DNA of 64,000 nucleotides from Tubulanus polymorphus. Lineage: Eukaryota > Animalia > Nemertea. A program made the translations under genes and the position numbers. Below the pieces are notes generated by a model. It saw only the letters and a list, made by a program, of their open reading frames with translations. It was not told the origin of the DNA and ran no database searches. Below are positions 1 to 13,600 of this stretch, one piece after another; position 1 is the first letter of the stretch, and each line of letters begins with the position of its first letter. Where the stretch lies: NCBI RefSeq assembly GCF_964204645.1, contig NC_134028.1:12571263-12635262 (forward strand), written 5' to 3'.

Positions 1-482
1 GACAGTGTTTAGTATTGACTAAATAGTAGTGAGTGGATGCATGAGGAGATATCAATTCTATCAGTGAAAACAAATTCCAGGGTTTCCATGAGGCTGTTTT
101 ATTTTACCGTTAAACAAACATTTTCCCCCAGCCAAAGGTGGTCCTATAAATTCTTTGAGGAATTGTACAAATAAATTGATTATTAGTTCTCTAAAGACAT
201 TATAGTGTTTTCATTTTAGTTTATTTCGATGAAACGATCTGTTTAAATAATAAAATGCGTGGCTGGCGATGTAGTGTTTAATAGTAATAGTGCGTAGGCC
301 ACGTCTCTACCTTCGATCACATGGCCCAGACAGACCCTTCCCAGTGTTATCGCCCAGACCGATCTTTCCCACCCTATATTTCATAAGGGTATAGTCCACA
401 TGTTAGCCAATGAAACTGTGTATAGGCAGTGTTCTGTGTGCTGCTTCAATGAATGAATGAAGTTCATGTGACAGGCAATATA

Positions 483-1107
483 CCGTATTTTCCGGCCAAT
501 AAGCCGATTTTCTAGCCTCAGATTTTTACCCAAAATATCGTGATCGGCTTATTGGGCGGATACGATCTGACATAAAAAATCTTTTCCTGATCTATGCCAC
601 TCTAATGCTCTCAATGATCGTCAAAATCAAGAAAAGTGGTCGATGTTTATTTGAGGTCATTATTTACTACCAATTATAATCTATCTTGAACTATTTTATT
701 TTTACTTTGATTGTTCCATCACCGCACAGCGGCAATGGTATACATTTATATAACGCGCGAGTTCATCGTACTACCACGTGTCAGTTCATACATTAGTATA
801 TATGCAAATCAGCAGTGAGCCGCGTACTGCGTGTATGGCTGTGTGTATAGTAATCAGCTGAGTGAGTCTATATATAGCACAGTCACTCGGCGATGATAGT
901 ATACACAGCACTCTCACACATCGGCGGGCGCTACTGTCAGCCTCTTAAATCGTCAATTAAGACGAACTAATTGACAAATCAGTGAATTAAAATCTCTGAT
1001 GAAGGGCCGCGGCTTATTGGGCGAAGCTTTATGAAATCCATGTATTTTAGGCTAAAAAACTGCCCTCGGCTTATTGGCCGAGTCGGCTTATTGGCCGGAA
1101 AATACGG
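483..1107. mobile_element. Tc2/pogo-like (Tc1/mariner superfamily) MITE
   Basis: Perfect ~25-bp TIRs ccgtattttccggccaataagccga / tcggcttattggccggaaaatacgg, flanked by TA on both sides; subterminal cggcttattgg repeats. Confidence 0.85.
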
Positions 1108-2114
1108 TACTCTGCGGCAAAGACCACATGTGATAACGTAAGAATGCACTTTAAAATGGCTCCAAAAATCCTCTAAACTTACCCCTTGTGGGCTTCACAC
1201 CTGATGGGCTCGTCATTTGGCATGGATACACATTTGCATAATTTTTTTTCCAATAAAGAGTAACGGATATTTCTTTTAAAGATCACGGAAACCTTACTTT
1301 TCTCATTATATATTTTTTCTACTACGCGTGCCAAACAGCTTATTTTTCCTCAGTCAATCTGAGTCAGCCAGTGTTTACACAAGGCGGGACCCAGCCGTTT
1401 ATCTGGCTGTGTACACAGCACTGCTGTCTCTAGGGGGTATTCCCAGAGAGTACAACAAACTGCACAGTTTCTATGAACTACTTACGAATGTATCAGTGCG
1501 CAAGCCCATGTGAGGACAGTGATGGGGATAACACGTGATTACCGGGTAAAAGCGAAGAGCCAAGAAGTAACATAACTCATAACGTGTCCAGCGTTTGTGG
1601 GAGATTGTTACGTTTTCGTTTTTCATTTTTGATAAAACAAAATAGAAATGCAAATCTAACTAGTTACTACCGCGGTTCAAATTTAATGCGTCTGTCTCAC
1701 GCACATCGAATGCACATACGTATTAATAGCAGCTCCCTTCTTTTCAAGTGCAACTTCTTGTAGTTGGATGACTATATGGTAAACTACATGCAGTAAAGTG
1801 TATTCACAATGAGTTGACAGGCAGTTTTTTGACCACAGAGGTATCAATTTACAGTACTGAACTCTGATGCATGTTGTGCCAGTTAAGTGACTTGTTGCTA
1901 TGGTTTTGTACACAGATATATCGCATATTTTTGTAATATATTTTCACAGCTTGGCAATTTCACAACTGGAATAAAATTATTTTCGTAGTTTTCACTCATA
2001 GAAGTGGCAGTATCATATCTAGAAGATGGCAATAACTTCAATCTTCTGCCCAGTCATATTTTGTGGATTCATCCATATTATGTACCAAGTTTGAATCTGG
2101 TTCAGAATCATCCA

Positions 2115-2300
2115 GTTCCTGAACTTCGCTGAAAAAGCTGAAACACTGAAACGCTGAAAAGAAAACGCTGAAATTTCACGGAATTCCCGAAAAACGCTGA
2201 AATTTCAGGGAATTCCATAAAAACGCTGAAATCGGCTAGGAACCGACAATACACGCTTTCGAAAATTTTTCCGGTGCCGGTGTCTGCTGCCAAGTCTTAA
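2115..2300 (+). repeat. Repeat fragment with (gctgaaa)n subterminal motifs; inverted copy at 4813-4969
   Basis: gttcctgaactt..gctgaaaaagctgaaacactgaaacgctgaaaa matches the reverse complement of 4813-4969. Confidence 0.75.
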
Positions 2301-4812
2301 ACCGTGCTTTAGTTTTACCTGAATTTTCGGTTATATAGATATGCCTACAAGGTCGTCGTCTTCAGCTCCGTTCAACATTTTCAACTGGCATCAGACCACA
2401 ATTAGGTTAGTAGCTCAAATATGCGTAGCGCTGGACCGGACCCCCAAAGTAGTAGCTAGAGTAAAGAAGAGGTCCCCCATAAATGTTGCCATAATTTCGG
2501 CAAATGGGATAGATAACGAATTTCGGTTATATGTATGAAATCCATTGGTGCTGAGAGGCAGATTGATGATGAAAAAAGTAATTTCCTGGAGTCCAGGCTG
2601 GACCTTTTCTGCTCGGAATAAGGGTACCAAACACAGTGGGGCATTCCCTTGGATATTCGGCTCGGATGTACTGGCATAACTGTACTGGGGTACCCCTCAT
2701 TTCTAAAGGTTTGATTATTTCAAGTTAGGTTGGGTAGGCCTATGTGAGGCAAAAACCACTTCAATGCGTCGCTAAGATGCTGGCATATGAGCCATAGGCA
2801 GGATTTCCCCTGAATTTATGCGCTTATTTATGAACTAAAGTCACGAATGACTCACTTTTACTATAGGATATAAGAAGATTTTGGAATAGTGGTGTGAGCT
2901 AAACTATTGATCGATTGATGGATGACCTCATTTCTTTGACAAGAGTCGGAATCTTCGGTAAATCAGGAGGAACAATTGTTCAGGACACTGTGTAACATGA
3001 TACCTACTAGCCAAAAATTAGTTCATCAAAACTACATCAGTTCCAAAAACTACAATCATGCTCCCCAAAAATGGAAAATTGAAAAGATAATATTTCTTTT
3101 TCATTTATTTACATTCAATTTGTCTGTGCATCATGATATAAATTGTTGTTATTGTTTCATGAGCATGTACCTGTATGAGCTAACAATGAAGTTACCACTT
3201 AATTTGAATAAAATTCTTAATTACAGTAATTCTAATTCTCAATATTTGTTCTTCTCATTTCCACGTTTCATACAAGTAGTAGTTGAATGAAAGTACAGTT
3301 AGGCTGAACCTGATAACCCATATTAAGTGCTAGCATCGAAATTTGATTATTTCGATTTTATTTTTGGTGTCATTGATATTCGTAAATAAAGGTTCAACTG
3401 TCATAGAACTTAGCATAGCTTCGATTGTGCTTCATCTTTCTACAAGGAGGAGTCTCAAAGGGTTGTCCCCGGGAAAAGGTCAAATCTTGGGTTTACTTTT
3501 TTAACTTGCTGGAGACTACCATCTGCATTCATGCCTCAATTTGTCTGGCCTATAAGAGTCAAACAACATTTTCCCATACACAGGCTTGGCTTTACTGTAG
3601 ATGAAGTCTAGGCACTGCACACTGTGGATTAACTGGAACTCTAATCCTTCAAAATCAAACGAATCAACAAGAAAATTCCAATAATTGAACGTTTATCTTA
3701 CTATATTAATTATCAGCTTAAAATACACATTATACATTCTGCTAGAGTACACAAAAGAAATCAGTTCTACATTTTATCAGAATGTCTATTATCAAGCGTT
3801 AGAGCCATAGATTCGCTTAGCTCAGGCTCGAATTCTGGTTCCATAGCTTCATATTCTATTGAAATCCCCTTGGTTACCTTTGAATATCGCTTAGCTTTAA
3901 AGGACTAAAAATTTGGTCCCAGGAAAACCAAGTAAAGTTTGGTCTACAGAACATCAGCTAGTGACTTATTTTTCTCTGGTTGAATCAAATTACTACAAAA
4001 ATAGCGTTCGCATAGCCATTTTGTTTTATTTTTTTAAATTGTGTCCTGCTGCAAATTTCACCATTGAAGTGCATTAGTGGCATCTGATTGCATGAAATAT
4101 TATCACTGCAAGTCTTTTCTCAGTATCTCAAATAATTGCATTATTCTTAGCCCGAGTCAAATAAGAGAAAAAGTGCATTCAAGTAGGAAACTGAGGTCCA
4201 AGGGAACAGTAATATGTAAATAAATACTGAAATTCAACTAATAACTTGAGATGACGTACTTAAGTCAAGAATTGTTCACAGTGTATGTCCATCTAAGCAA
4301 ATGAACTTGGTCTATGATTCCTCCTTTTGTAGATAGTCTAAAAATAAGAATTGATACATTTTTCTAACAGATGGTATACCATTTCTTTAAAAAAAAACCC
4401 TGATAATTATCTCACCACAGCAAATAAATTATTCGCAATTGTTAAACCCATTCCAATTAAAGATAAATTAATTAAGATCCTTTTGTCCAAAAGCCGCATT
4501 ATCATTATAACTAGCTATCAAATTCAACTTACCTCAAGTCTCAAACAACAGAGAATACCACAGTCGCCCAGTCATGCGTGACGTGTTGACAAAACAAATA
4601 TGGCTATCATAATCATATTTTATATACATTTGAGATGTTCAAATAAGATTTTTTCGTCTTGTAGAAGTAAACCACATTCTTGGAATATTATTCAGCACAG
4701 TGTTTAAAGTTGGCTTGTACAGTTGTGAACGGGTTTTCATAGGTTTTTAGACTCCACACATTCTGTTTATGCATGTCTCTATAACCAAAAATTAGGTAGA
4801 GACTAAAGCACC

Positions 4813-4969
4813 GTTCAGGACTCGGCAGCGGCCCCGGCCAGGAAAAAATTCAAAACCTGTGTTGTCGGTTCCAAGCACGATTTCAACGTTTTTCGGGAAT
4901 TCCCTGAAATTTCAGTGTTCTTTTTTCAGCGTTTCAGTGTTTCAGCTTTTTCAGCCAAGTTCAGGAACC
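4813..4969 (-). repeat. Inverted copy of repeat at 2115-2300
   Basis: ttttcagcgtttcagtgtttcagctttttcagccaagttcaggaac is the reverse complement of 2115-2160. Confidence 0.75.
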
Positions 4970-6154
4970 GAGAATCATCACAGATATTTATAATGAATTT
5001 GTCAACCAAATCATTTGCATTTTAAACTGACTTGTGTTATAGTATTCAAGAAGTGAGTGGTTGAGATGCAAGTTTTGTGTGTGTGTAGTTATTCACTCTT
5101 GGTGGAAGGTCAGCATAGCTGTGATGGATCATTTAAGTAGCAGCTCTATGACAGCTCACAGCAGTAGCTGCTCTTTGATGTGGTGAAGCTGCCCGTCAAC
5201 TCTGTGAATAAATTTTAACATTATAAACGCCTAATAGGAGCGTTTGAAGTTTTGTTGCACCCATAAGCATGTAATTCGTCGCCAACGAGTGTCGAACGCG
5301 TTCGGAACTAAACGCAAACGAATTACAGAACGTTGTTTGAAGGGTATATAAAACTAAATGCAAACGAAAAATGTTAAGTTTCTTCGAGGCTATACTGTAG
5401 ACAATTCACTCAGAGGTAAGCCCTTCATGAGCCTCAAAACTTTCCATAATTCATAACAATTTTGGGAACCTAAATACAACAGGCTATGATAGTCATAGCT
5501 AGGATCATGGATACAGGCAAATGACGCATTACGGACAATTTTCTATCCAATTATCAGTTCTATATGATACAGCATTATGGGACTATATCCATAGCAGTAG
5601 AGATACTACGGGTGTTGTTCGGTGAACAACAGGATTTTTACTTGCGGCGATACCTAACGTGTCCCCGTTGTATATGCTGTGGTTGTAATTTTGTGGTCAA
5701 CTATCAGGGTAATTGTTTCTGATTATCTGGGAACTGGGACAATTAGGTTTCTAATTGCGCACGTTAGAACTGATCGACAATCAGGTTACTGATTGTTGAT
5801 TGTTTGCGTGAGAACTATCAGGGTCAACTATCAGGGTGCATTATTTCTGATAGTCGATTATTGACATGGAAATAAGTCAGTAAAATACTGGTGCCAAATA
5901 CCGCTTTTAAAGTATTGTAAGCCTCCACCTCAGGAACTATTTACCCAATAACGGACTCGATCCGACCATTCCATTTCACATTCTCATGAGAAAAAAACGA
6001 AAGCTCTTCATGGAATATCATATCAGTTGATAGTCAAAATGGGCATTTTCAGAAATGCAGATGGCCACTTACAGGCCATCTCGAATCCGATTACCACAAC
6101 TATCTGAGATTTTTTGGTTATACACAATATGCCCAAATTTGAAGATGATTGGTA

Positions 6155-7045
6155 AACAAGAGCCCCAAGGGGCACTATGGCCAGCCTGTCAGCTTTTCAT
6201 CAAATGGCAAATGATGATGCACTCTGTGGGTTAAATTTGTCAAAATACACTCCCAGCTCAGAGTCAATACCTAATAACTTACACAATGTAGAATACAAAA
6301 GTAGCACAGACAGCGACTGGATCTGGCAGGAACAATTACCTCAGATAAATCTTTCTCCTTGGTCTTATTGATTTTAATCCCGAATAGAATTGAATTTTCT
6401 GAAATTTGCTCAATAAAACAAAATTGAATTGGATTTGATGTTTTATTTTGTTCAATAAAGTAAAATTGAATAGGATTTGATATTGTTTTTGCAGAATAAA
6501 CTTTGATTGAATTTGTAGTTTGAGCACATGGCTAATTAGCATATCTAGGTCATCTATCCGATTTAAGAAAAAGCTATTTTTCCCGGAATTTGCACAATGG
6601 TCAATGATATTTTCTGAAGTGCTAATAAAAACATTCCTCCCAAAAACCAAATCAACTAAAGCTTTGACAGAAATCGATCTTGTAATACAATTTTAGATCT
6701 TAAAATAAAACCTGGAAGTAAAACAATAGACGATACCGCGGGTTCACGTGAACACCTGCTCATTTCTGCGGCTAAGCCAATCATAGAGGAGTCTTTGCTT
6801 TCTGATTGGCTTTTCAAAACCAATATTTTTGCGATCAGATATTCGCGAAGCTCATATAAATACTAACGAGGCCCTCTTTCAAAATTCAGCTACGTAGAGT
6901 TTGAAGAATGGATAATGCTTTAATGAATGATTTGTATGAATATATGCTCAGTTGCACAGTAAAAGAGCCTTTGCTCTGGAAACCATGTCATTTAAATTCG
7001 CTCCATTTGTATAGTAATAGGCTCAGCCTAGGGCTGGCCTAAAAA
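6155..7045 (-). mobile_element. Non-autonomous Helentron (HINE) family B, copy 1
   Basis: Minus strand reads TTTTTAGGCCAGCC...GGCTGGCC atagt GCCCCTTGGGGC tcttgtt: subterminal IRs, 3' hairpin, T-run ends, no TSD. Several copies in the window. Confidence 0.75.
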
Positions 7046-7297
7046 TTTAAAAATTTGTGTCGATGTGTTCACAAATCTGAGGCAAGCATACCAGAACACC
7101 ACTAACCCCATGGGGTACAGCATAAGCCTGAATAGTCTTCGGCCAAGCCGCTAAAAACTATGACAGTATTTGTCCATAAAATTTTCCTGGTACCAGCGCT
7201 TAAACTGTATCAATAGATATATAACAATATGCCATGAGGTTATCACCCATATGTCGAGTTTGAAAATGTATGACAGGGATTTGCCAGTCACACTCAC

Positions 7298-7330
7298 CTT
7301 CTTAAATGAGAAGTTACTAGAGCAGAGATC
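7298..7330 (-). CDS. USP36: Candidate 33-nt USP36 exon E11 (DLCSSNFSFKK)
   Basis: ctctgcttag acceptor and strong AAG|gtgagt donor; open in phase 0/0, compatible with E10. No homology support. Confidence 0.5.
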
Positions 7331-7498
7331 CTAAGCAGAGATTTAGCCCCTGGCCACATTTGTGCTTTGACATTGAATTCCAGCACTACTTACAAATTAC
7401 ACCAATACCGAATTTCTTCACCAACAGCCCTTTGATTGCAATGTCGTTTTGGGCTAAGCCCTATCATACATACACATATAGTTGAAAAGATTTGATAC

Positions 7499-7618
7499 CT
7501 TTAACTTCACATGGTTATTGTTGTTGTTATTAATGCTAAGTGAAATCTGTGTGGCTTTCATATAAAACAGCATATAAGCTTCTGATGATAAAACTCGTTG
7601 AAGAGAAACCGGTGCAAC
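7499..7618 (-). CDS. USP36: USP36 exon E10 (end of catalytic domain), not in ORF track
   Basis: [40 protein letters not shown]; cttttcag acceptor, AAG|gtatca donor, phases 0/0. Confidence 0.9.
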
Positions 7619-10600
7619 CTGAAAAGAAATCATACATTTTAGGTAAAACTATCGCCTGCAAATGCGGCAAAACGGATGGATAGATGAAATTAACCCTTGA
7701 GGGCTTCCTCAAGTGGAATATAATAAACGGAACTCCCATATTTTGTTCCCAATAGATACATGTAAGACACACAAGAGCCCCAAGGGGCACTATGGTCATC
7801 TTTTCATAAAATGGCAAATGATGACGCATTCTGTGGGTTAAATTTGTCAAAATACACTCCCAGCTCAGTCAATACCTAATACCCGTAATTTACACAATAC
7901 AATCGTAGAAAACAAAAGTAGCACAGACAGCGACTGGATCTGGCAAAACTCAGATAAACCATTTTCCTTGGTCTTATTGATTTTAATGTGAAATAGAATT
8001 GAATTTTCTGAAATTTGCTCAATAAAACAAAATTGAATTGGATTTGATGTTTTTATTTGTTCAATTAAGTAAAATTCAATTGGATTTGATATTTTTTGCA
8101 GAATTAAATTTGATTGAATTCGTAGTTTGAGCATATGGATAATTAGCATATCAAGGTCATCTGCCCGATTTGAGAAAAAGCTATTTTTCCCGGGACTTTG
8201 CACAATGGTCAATGATATTTTCTGTAGTGCTAATAAAAATATTCCTCCCAAAAACCAAATCAACTAAAGCTTTCACAGAAATCGAACTTGAAATACAATT
8301 TTAGATCTTAAAATAAAACCCGGAAGTAAAACGGTAGACGATACCGGGGGTTCACGTGAACACCTGCTGATTTCTACTGCTAAGCCAATCATAGAGGAGT
8401 CTTTGCTTTCGGATTGGCTTTTCAAAACCAATATTTTTGTGATCAGATATTCGCGAAAAAGCTCATATAAATTTTTACGAGGTCCTCTTTCAAAATTCAG
8501 CTATTTAGAGTTTGGAGAATGGATAATGCTTTAATGAATGATTTGTACGAATATATGCTCGGTTGCACAGACAAAGAGCCTTTGCTCTGGAAACCATGTC
8601 ATTTAAAATTGCTCCATTTTTTTAGTAATAGGCTCAGCCTATGGCTGGCCTAATAAAACAAGATCACCAAGGGACACTATGGCCAGCCTGTCAGCTTTTC
8701 ATACAATGGCAAATGATGCATTCTGTGGGTTGTATTTGTCAAAATACTCTACCAGCACAGATCCAATACCAATAATTAACACAGTACAATCGTGTTTTCA
8801 TAAGTATCACACACGGGGTGCTGGCAAAACAAATACCTCAGATCAATCTTATCCCTTGGTCTTATTGATTTGAATGCGGAATAGAATTGAATTGAATTTT
8901 CTGATATTAACTCAATAAAGCAAAATTGTATGGGATTTGATATTTTATTTGTTCAATAAAGTAAAATGGAATTTTATGTGGTATTTTTTTCGCAGAATAA
9001 ATTTGATTGAATTTGCAGTTTGAGCACATGGCTTATTAGCATATCAAGGTCATCCATGCGATTTGAGGAAAAGACCAAAAATCTATTTGTATTTGATTTG
9101 ATTCTTATGGTGAGGAGAAACTCGCAGCAGATACCCGGAACTACGATGTTGAAATACACATCAAATCATCGATGTCTACGACTCGACAGTCCTTTTAAAA
9201 TTCAGTAATGAGCCTGTGGATGGGTAATATGTGCTGATGAAGAATGGGTTATTGTTAAAGTTACCGTTTGAAGACAGCGACTGAATGTGCAGTCTCGGAC
9301 GTAATAAATTTGTTCATTTATGCTTGACGAGCAGCCTCCGCTGGATTTCGGAATGACGGCTCAGAAAAAACATGTCGCTTCATTGAATGAGGCCAAATTT
9401 TTGATGTTTACGGCCAGACAGTGCTTTTGTAACTTTGATTTATCATAATACCGGCGTAGTATCTGTAGATTGAAGTGAGCTCAATGGTATTAAACGGGTT
9501 TTATCGGAAACAACGGTAAGGTAAGAAAGCCTATGCACTTTAAGCAAAAAATCTATGGTATAAAATAATAATAATAATCACACGAATATCATTTGGGTTT
9601 TCTGTGAAGTAACAAAAAACCCTACATATTCCTCCGAAAAACCAAATCAACTAAAAAATTTCACAGAAATCGGTCATGATATACATTTTAAATCTGAAAA
9701 CAAGAAACGAAATTCTTAATATAGACTTCCCTAAATTTACATGAGTGTATGTTTAATCAGCATCAAAATTAAACATTGGTACTCTAGAGATTTAAGAACA
9801 AATGAAAAGGACTGATAATTTATGGCATGAATTCAAATGATGGAAGAAAATTGACTTGTTGCCGACCGAAAATAAGGACGGAAAATATCAAGAAAATTAG
9901 GGGTCCAGGGACACCATGCCCACTTGGGAAGTGGTTTCAAATGCTCAACAATCTAACAATTTCAATATTCAACACCCCCTGGTGACCATATACAAAAACC
10001 AATGACCTTGAAACTCACCACAATCATAAAACATGTCAGCAGCTACGATTTTGTAATTGATTGTGATAACAAAATATGCCTCGTTACCAATTTAATATGG
10101 AAATACTAAGTTATTCTACTATTCAACGCCCCCTGGTGACCATATTCAAAACTCAATAACCTTGAACTCACCATAATCATAGAACATATCATGAACTACA
10201 ACTTTGCAATTGATCATGGTAACAAAATATGCCTAGGTACCAATATAATAAGGAAATACTAGGTTATTCTACTATTCAACGCCCCCTGGTGACCATATAG
10301 AATAACTAATTTCTTAAAACTCACCACAATCATAGACGATGTCATGAGCTACAACTTTGCAATTGATTGTGGTAACAAAATATGTATTGGTACAAATATA
10401 ATATATATTGTATTAAATTATATTAGATATTGTATTATTCAACGCCCCCTGGTGGCCATATACAAAACCCAATGAACTTGAAACTCACCACAATCATAGA
10501 ACACGTTATAAGCTACAACTTTCTAATTCATTGTTGTAACAAAATGTGCTTAGGCCACACCAAAAGAAAACCCTGTTTCTCGGGCCCGACCGACCCGATA

Positions 10601-13600
10601 TTTCCTCATTTCAAATAATTATTTTCGAAATAAAATAAAATTGCCTACCGACCCTATTTCAAAATTGTGGATGAAATAACTATTTTCAAAAATATATATG
10701 TGGCCGACCGACTACAAAGCTCTCCATTCTTGTAAATATTTTTTCTTTTTCGTGAAATCGTGATGTCGGCACCGAGACGACATGATAAAAATATCTTATT
10801 ACATCGGATTTAAAGGGCACATGCCCACTAAATAGAATATCATATAAAAGTTATTCTTTAAAGTAATATGTTCACAAATTGTAAATATGCTACTGATTTC
10901 AATTTTAGTTTAGCCTTCCCTGAGAATTAAGACTTTTAAATCGGCAATTTCAGCACTTGCTCACTGTTATTGTTTATGTGTGCAGGTGCGTGTTTCTGAC
11001 GTCATCTTTGTTGAACGCTAACTGTTTTCAGTCATTTCACTAGACATTGCAAAGGTCATTTTATCCTCTCAGAAGATTTTTAGAATTAATGAATTCTATA
11101 CTATTGTATATATTGGTGCCGTCATATATGACATGATAAACATATATTAGTGGGTGTACTATATAGCTGTGATTAAAGCAAACAAATGATGTTCATTTTA
11201 GAGATTTTATATAGGCTACTGCGCACTGTGAGCACACACGTGCTTGTGTTTATAACAAAGATACCGTCAAAAATAGCGCCAACTGCGGGGTGTAGGTGAA
11301 CTACGTAAACTAAGTCAAGAATAATTAAATGTCTAATTTAGAGCTAATCTGTCATCTTTGTTCGATCAGTCACATCTCAGGTTGTTATTTGTATACAAAA
11401 GTAGCATTTGGTTTACTAATCACGAAAAGTACAATTTATTGGGCATTGTGCCCTTTAACAATTCTATTCTGGATATGGTACTTGTGTGCTCAGACAACGT
11501 TGCTAATCAGATATTGATGGCGACCTTGGATTGTAAAATTCCAGGAATTCCGTATACAATATGTTATACTCCTATTCAAGATTTTGATGTTTTTCTTTTT
11601 ATAAACAGTTTCCAAGTGTGAAATATAATACAAAAACATCAACTTCCCTTTATTATTGTGGTCGTCTAGCTGCTAATCATATTTTAAACTGGAAATTTGG
11701 TCCCGTAAAAAATAATTTACGGCGACCTACCCACTGTCAGAAGAATACCCAAAATTTTTTTTTCTATAAAAAGAAAAAAAAATTCCCTACCGACCTACCC
11801 ATTTTGGTGATTGCCCGCCCGAGAAACAGGATTTTTTTTTGGTGTGGCCTTAGGTATCAATATAATGTCAAAAAACTTTTTCCCACCTACGAATGAGTAA
11901 TAATGACACCAAGATGGCCGCCAATTGCGTCATAATTGGCTGATAAAAAATACCTATCTCAGGTATAAAACATCCCTTTCCAAAGAATACCCATCATTAA
12001 TTGCAATGAGAAATGGCAGACCAGTAGGAAGCTTTAGGACTCAGAATTTGGGCCAAAATTGACATTTTTGGGCACTTAAAAAGGTCCTAGGACGACTATC
12101 TTGAGTCCGATCAGCCCAATTTTTGTTATGCTGATGGGCCCTGGCGGGTTTTAAATATATACGAAAGATCAAGGTTATTGATTAATGCGTCTTCAAAATT
12201 TCCCTCAAGAAGTTCAAAAACGTGTAAAAAGTGCAGATTTTGGCGAACAACAATGGCTGCCAGTCGGCCATCTTGATTCTGACAGGGCCAGTTTTTGGGC
12301 TGAAGATGTGTCTAGGGTAGATACATGTATAAACCAAATATCAAGACATTACCTTTTAGCGTCTTCAAAACTTCCCAAAATAACTGGATTCCGTCTATGG
12401 ACGGACGACGGACGAAAAGTGAACGCAATAGCCCGCTGGGACTGTCCCAAGTGGGCTAAAAAATGTATTTTCTCAAATTATGAATGGAATTGCATACCTA
12501 TCTTCGTCATTTATAAAATATACCTACTTTTGGCAGAATTTCAGCGAATCCGTGCTCCAAGTAATCAAACAAGAAAATTAATTTTAGAAAATTATTTGAC
12601 GCCTGCGAAAAAAATGTATAATTTCTGGGCTAAGCTAATGTGGAATTGCAAATATGAAATCGAAGTTTTAAGAAATTTGGGGAATGATGAGATTTGGCGA
12701 TTGGGTAGATGATACAGCGGGTCTTCGACTCTAGTAGTGGTTTAGATTTTTTTATTGAAAATTCTCAATAATTGATCGCGAACTTGCGACCGACTTCATT
12801 TACTTATGCCTCTAAGCTGGTCTGCAACTTCATTGCCTCCATGGTTGAAGAACGAGCTCTTCTGATGTCTGCTTCATCATGACTTCGAGCATATCGTGTG
12901 GCCTAGGAGCCGGCCCGGGCCACGGGTATGGCTGTCACTCGATATCCTAGAGTCTTGAGTCTGGGTGGGTTGAAGTAGACATTGTCATTTAAAATAACAT
13001 GCTTATGTTGTTCTGTATGAATTACCCGTGTGTCATGTATGTTGTATTAATTTATTTTAAAACTTGTATTTATTGAATTTGGGAATTTTATCCCGAAATT
13101 TTAATGTAATAAGGATCAATAAAGAATTGAATTGAATTGTCACCTAATACACATGCCATCAGAGGACGCGGAGCCGTATATGATAGCTATGCTATTATAA
13201 ATTGCTAATCTCACGAAACCTGCATACTCCTAATATCAAACATATTTTCTAAAACGTTTGAATATTGAAATTATATGTTTACACATTTTCATATTGACCA
13301 CTTGTAGCCGCTGATGAAATTCACGCCGGCCCTACACACATCGTAGATAGCTTCGTCATTCCACCGGCATGCCCACGTCAGGGTCTGACTTTTATATCAG
13401 ACTTCCAAATCGTGTATACATCCGCCATTTAACCGAATAATCCGATTTACTTATCATTTCTATTTATGCCTGCCGCTTCTGATATAATCATACATCCTTT
13501 ACTATTACAATACGTCTTCTAATGATATTCAATGCAATATAACATTTCGACGTTCAAATATAGGTCATTATATAATCACAGGAAGCCATTCTACATCTAT

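Larger units (their letters stand above)
9896..12463 (-). mobile_element. HINE family A, copy 1 (4 internal ~154-bp repeats; contains nested MITEs)
   Basis: SubTIRs gcccacttggga / tcccaagtgggc, terminal hairpin, (GGAC)n microsatellite, central tandem repeats, A/T-run ends. This is DINE-1/CvA/MgE-type architecture. Confidence 0.8.

Noticed and set aside
1177-1240. Strong minus-strand donor (GG|gtaagt) as a further USP36 exon; likewise ~4527-4600
   Set aside because: No convincing acceptor or recognisable peptide; cannot be supported without transcripts.
12185-12712. 175-aa ORF and similar ORFs at 52157, 54169, 10430, 29755 and 56643
   Set aside because: Chance frames in HINE-A copies; the 175-aa ORF runs across the element boundary and the frames are not preserved between copies.
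13305-13375. CTGATGA as a hammerhead ribozyme core or snoRNA C box (also ~996 and ~35153)
   Set aside because: No stem II plus GAAA and NUH arrangement and no paired C/D terminal stem; in the inverted copy of the 13305 site the motif is mutated.
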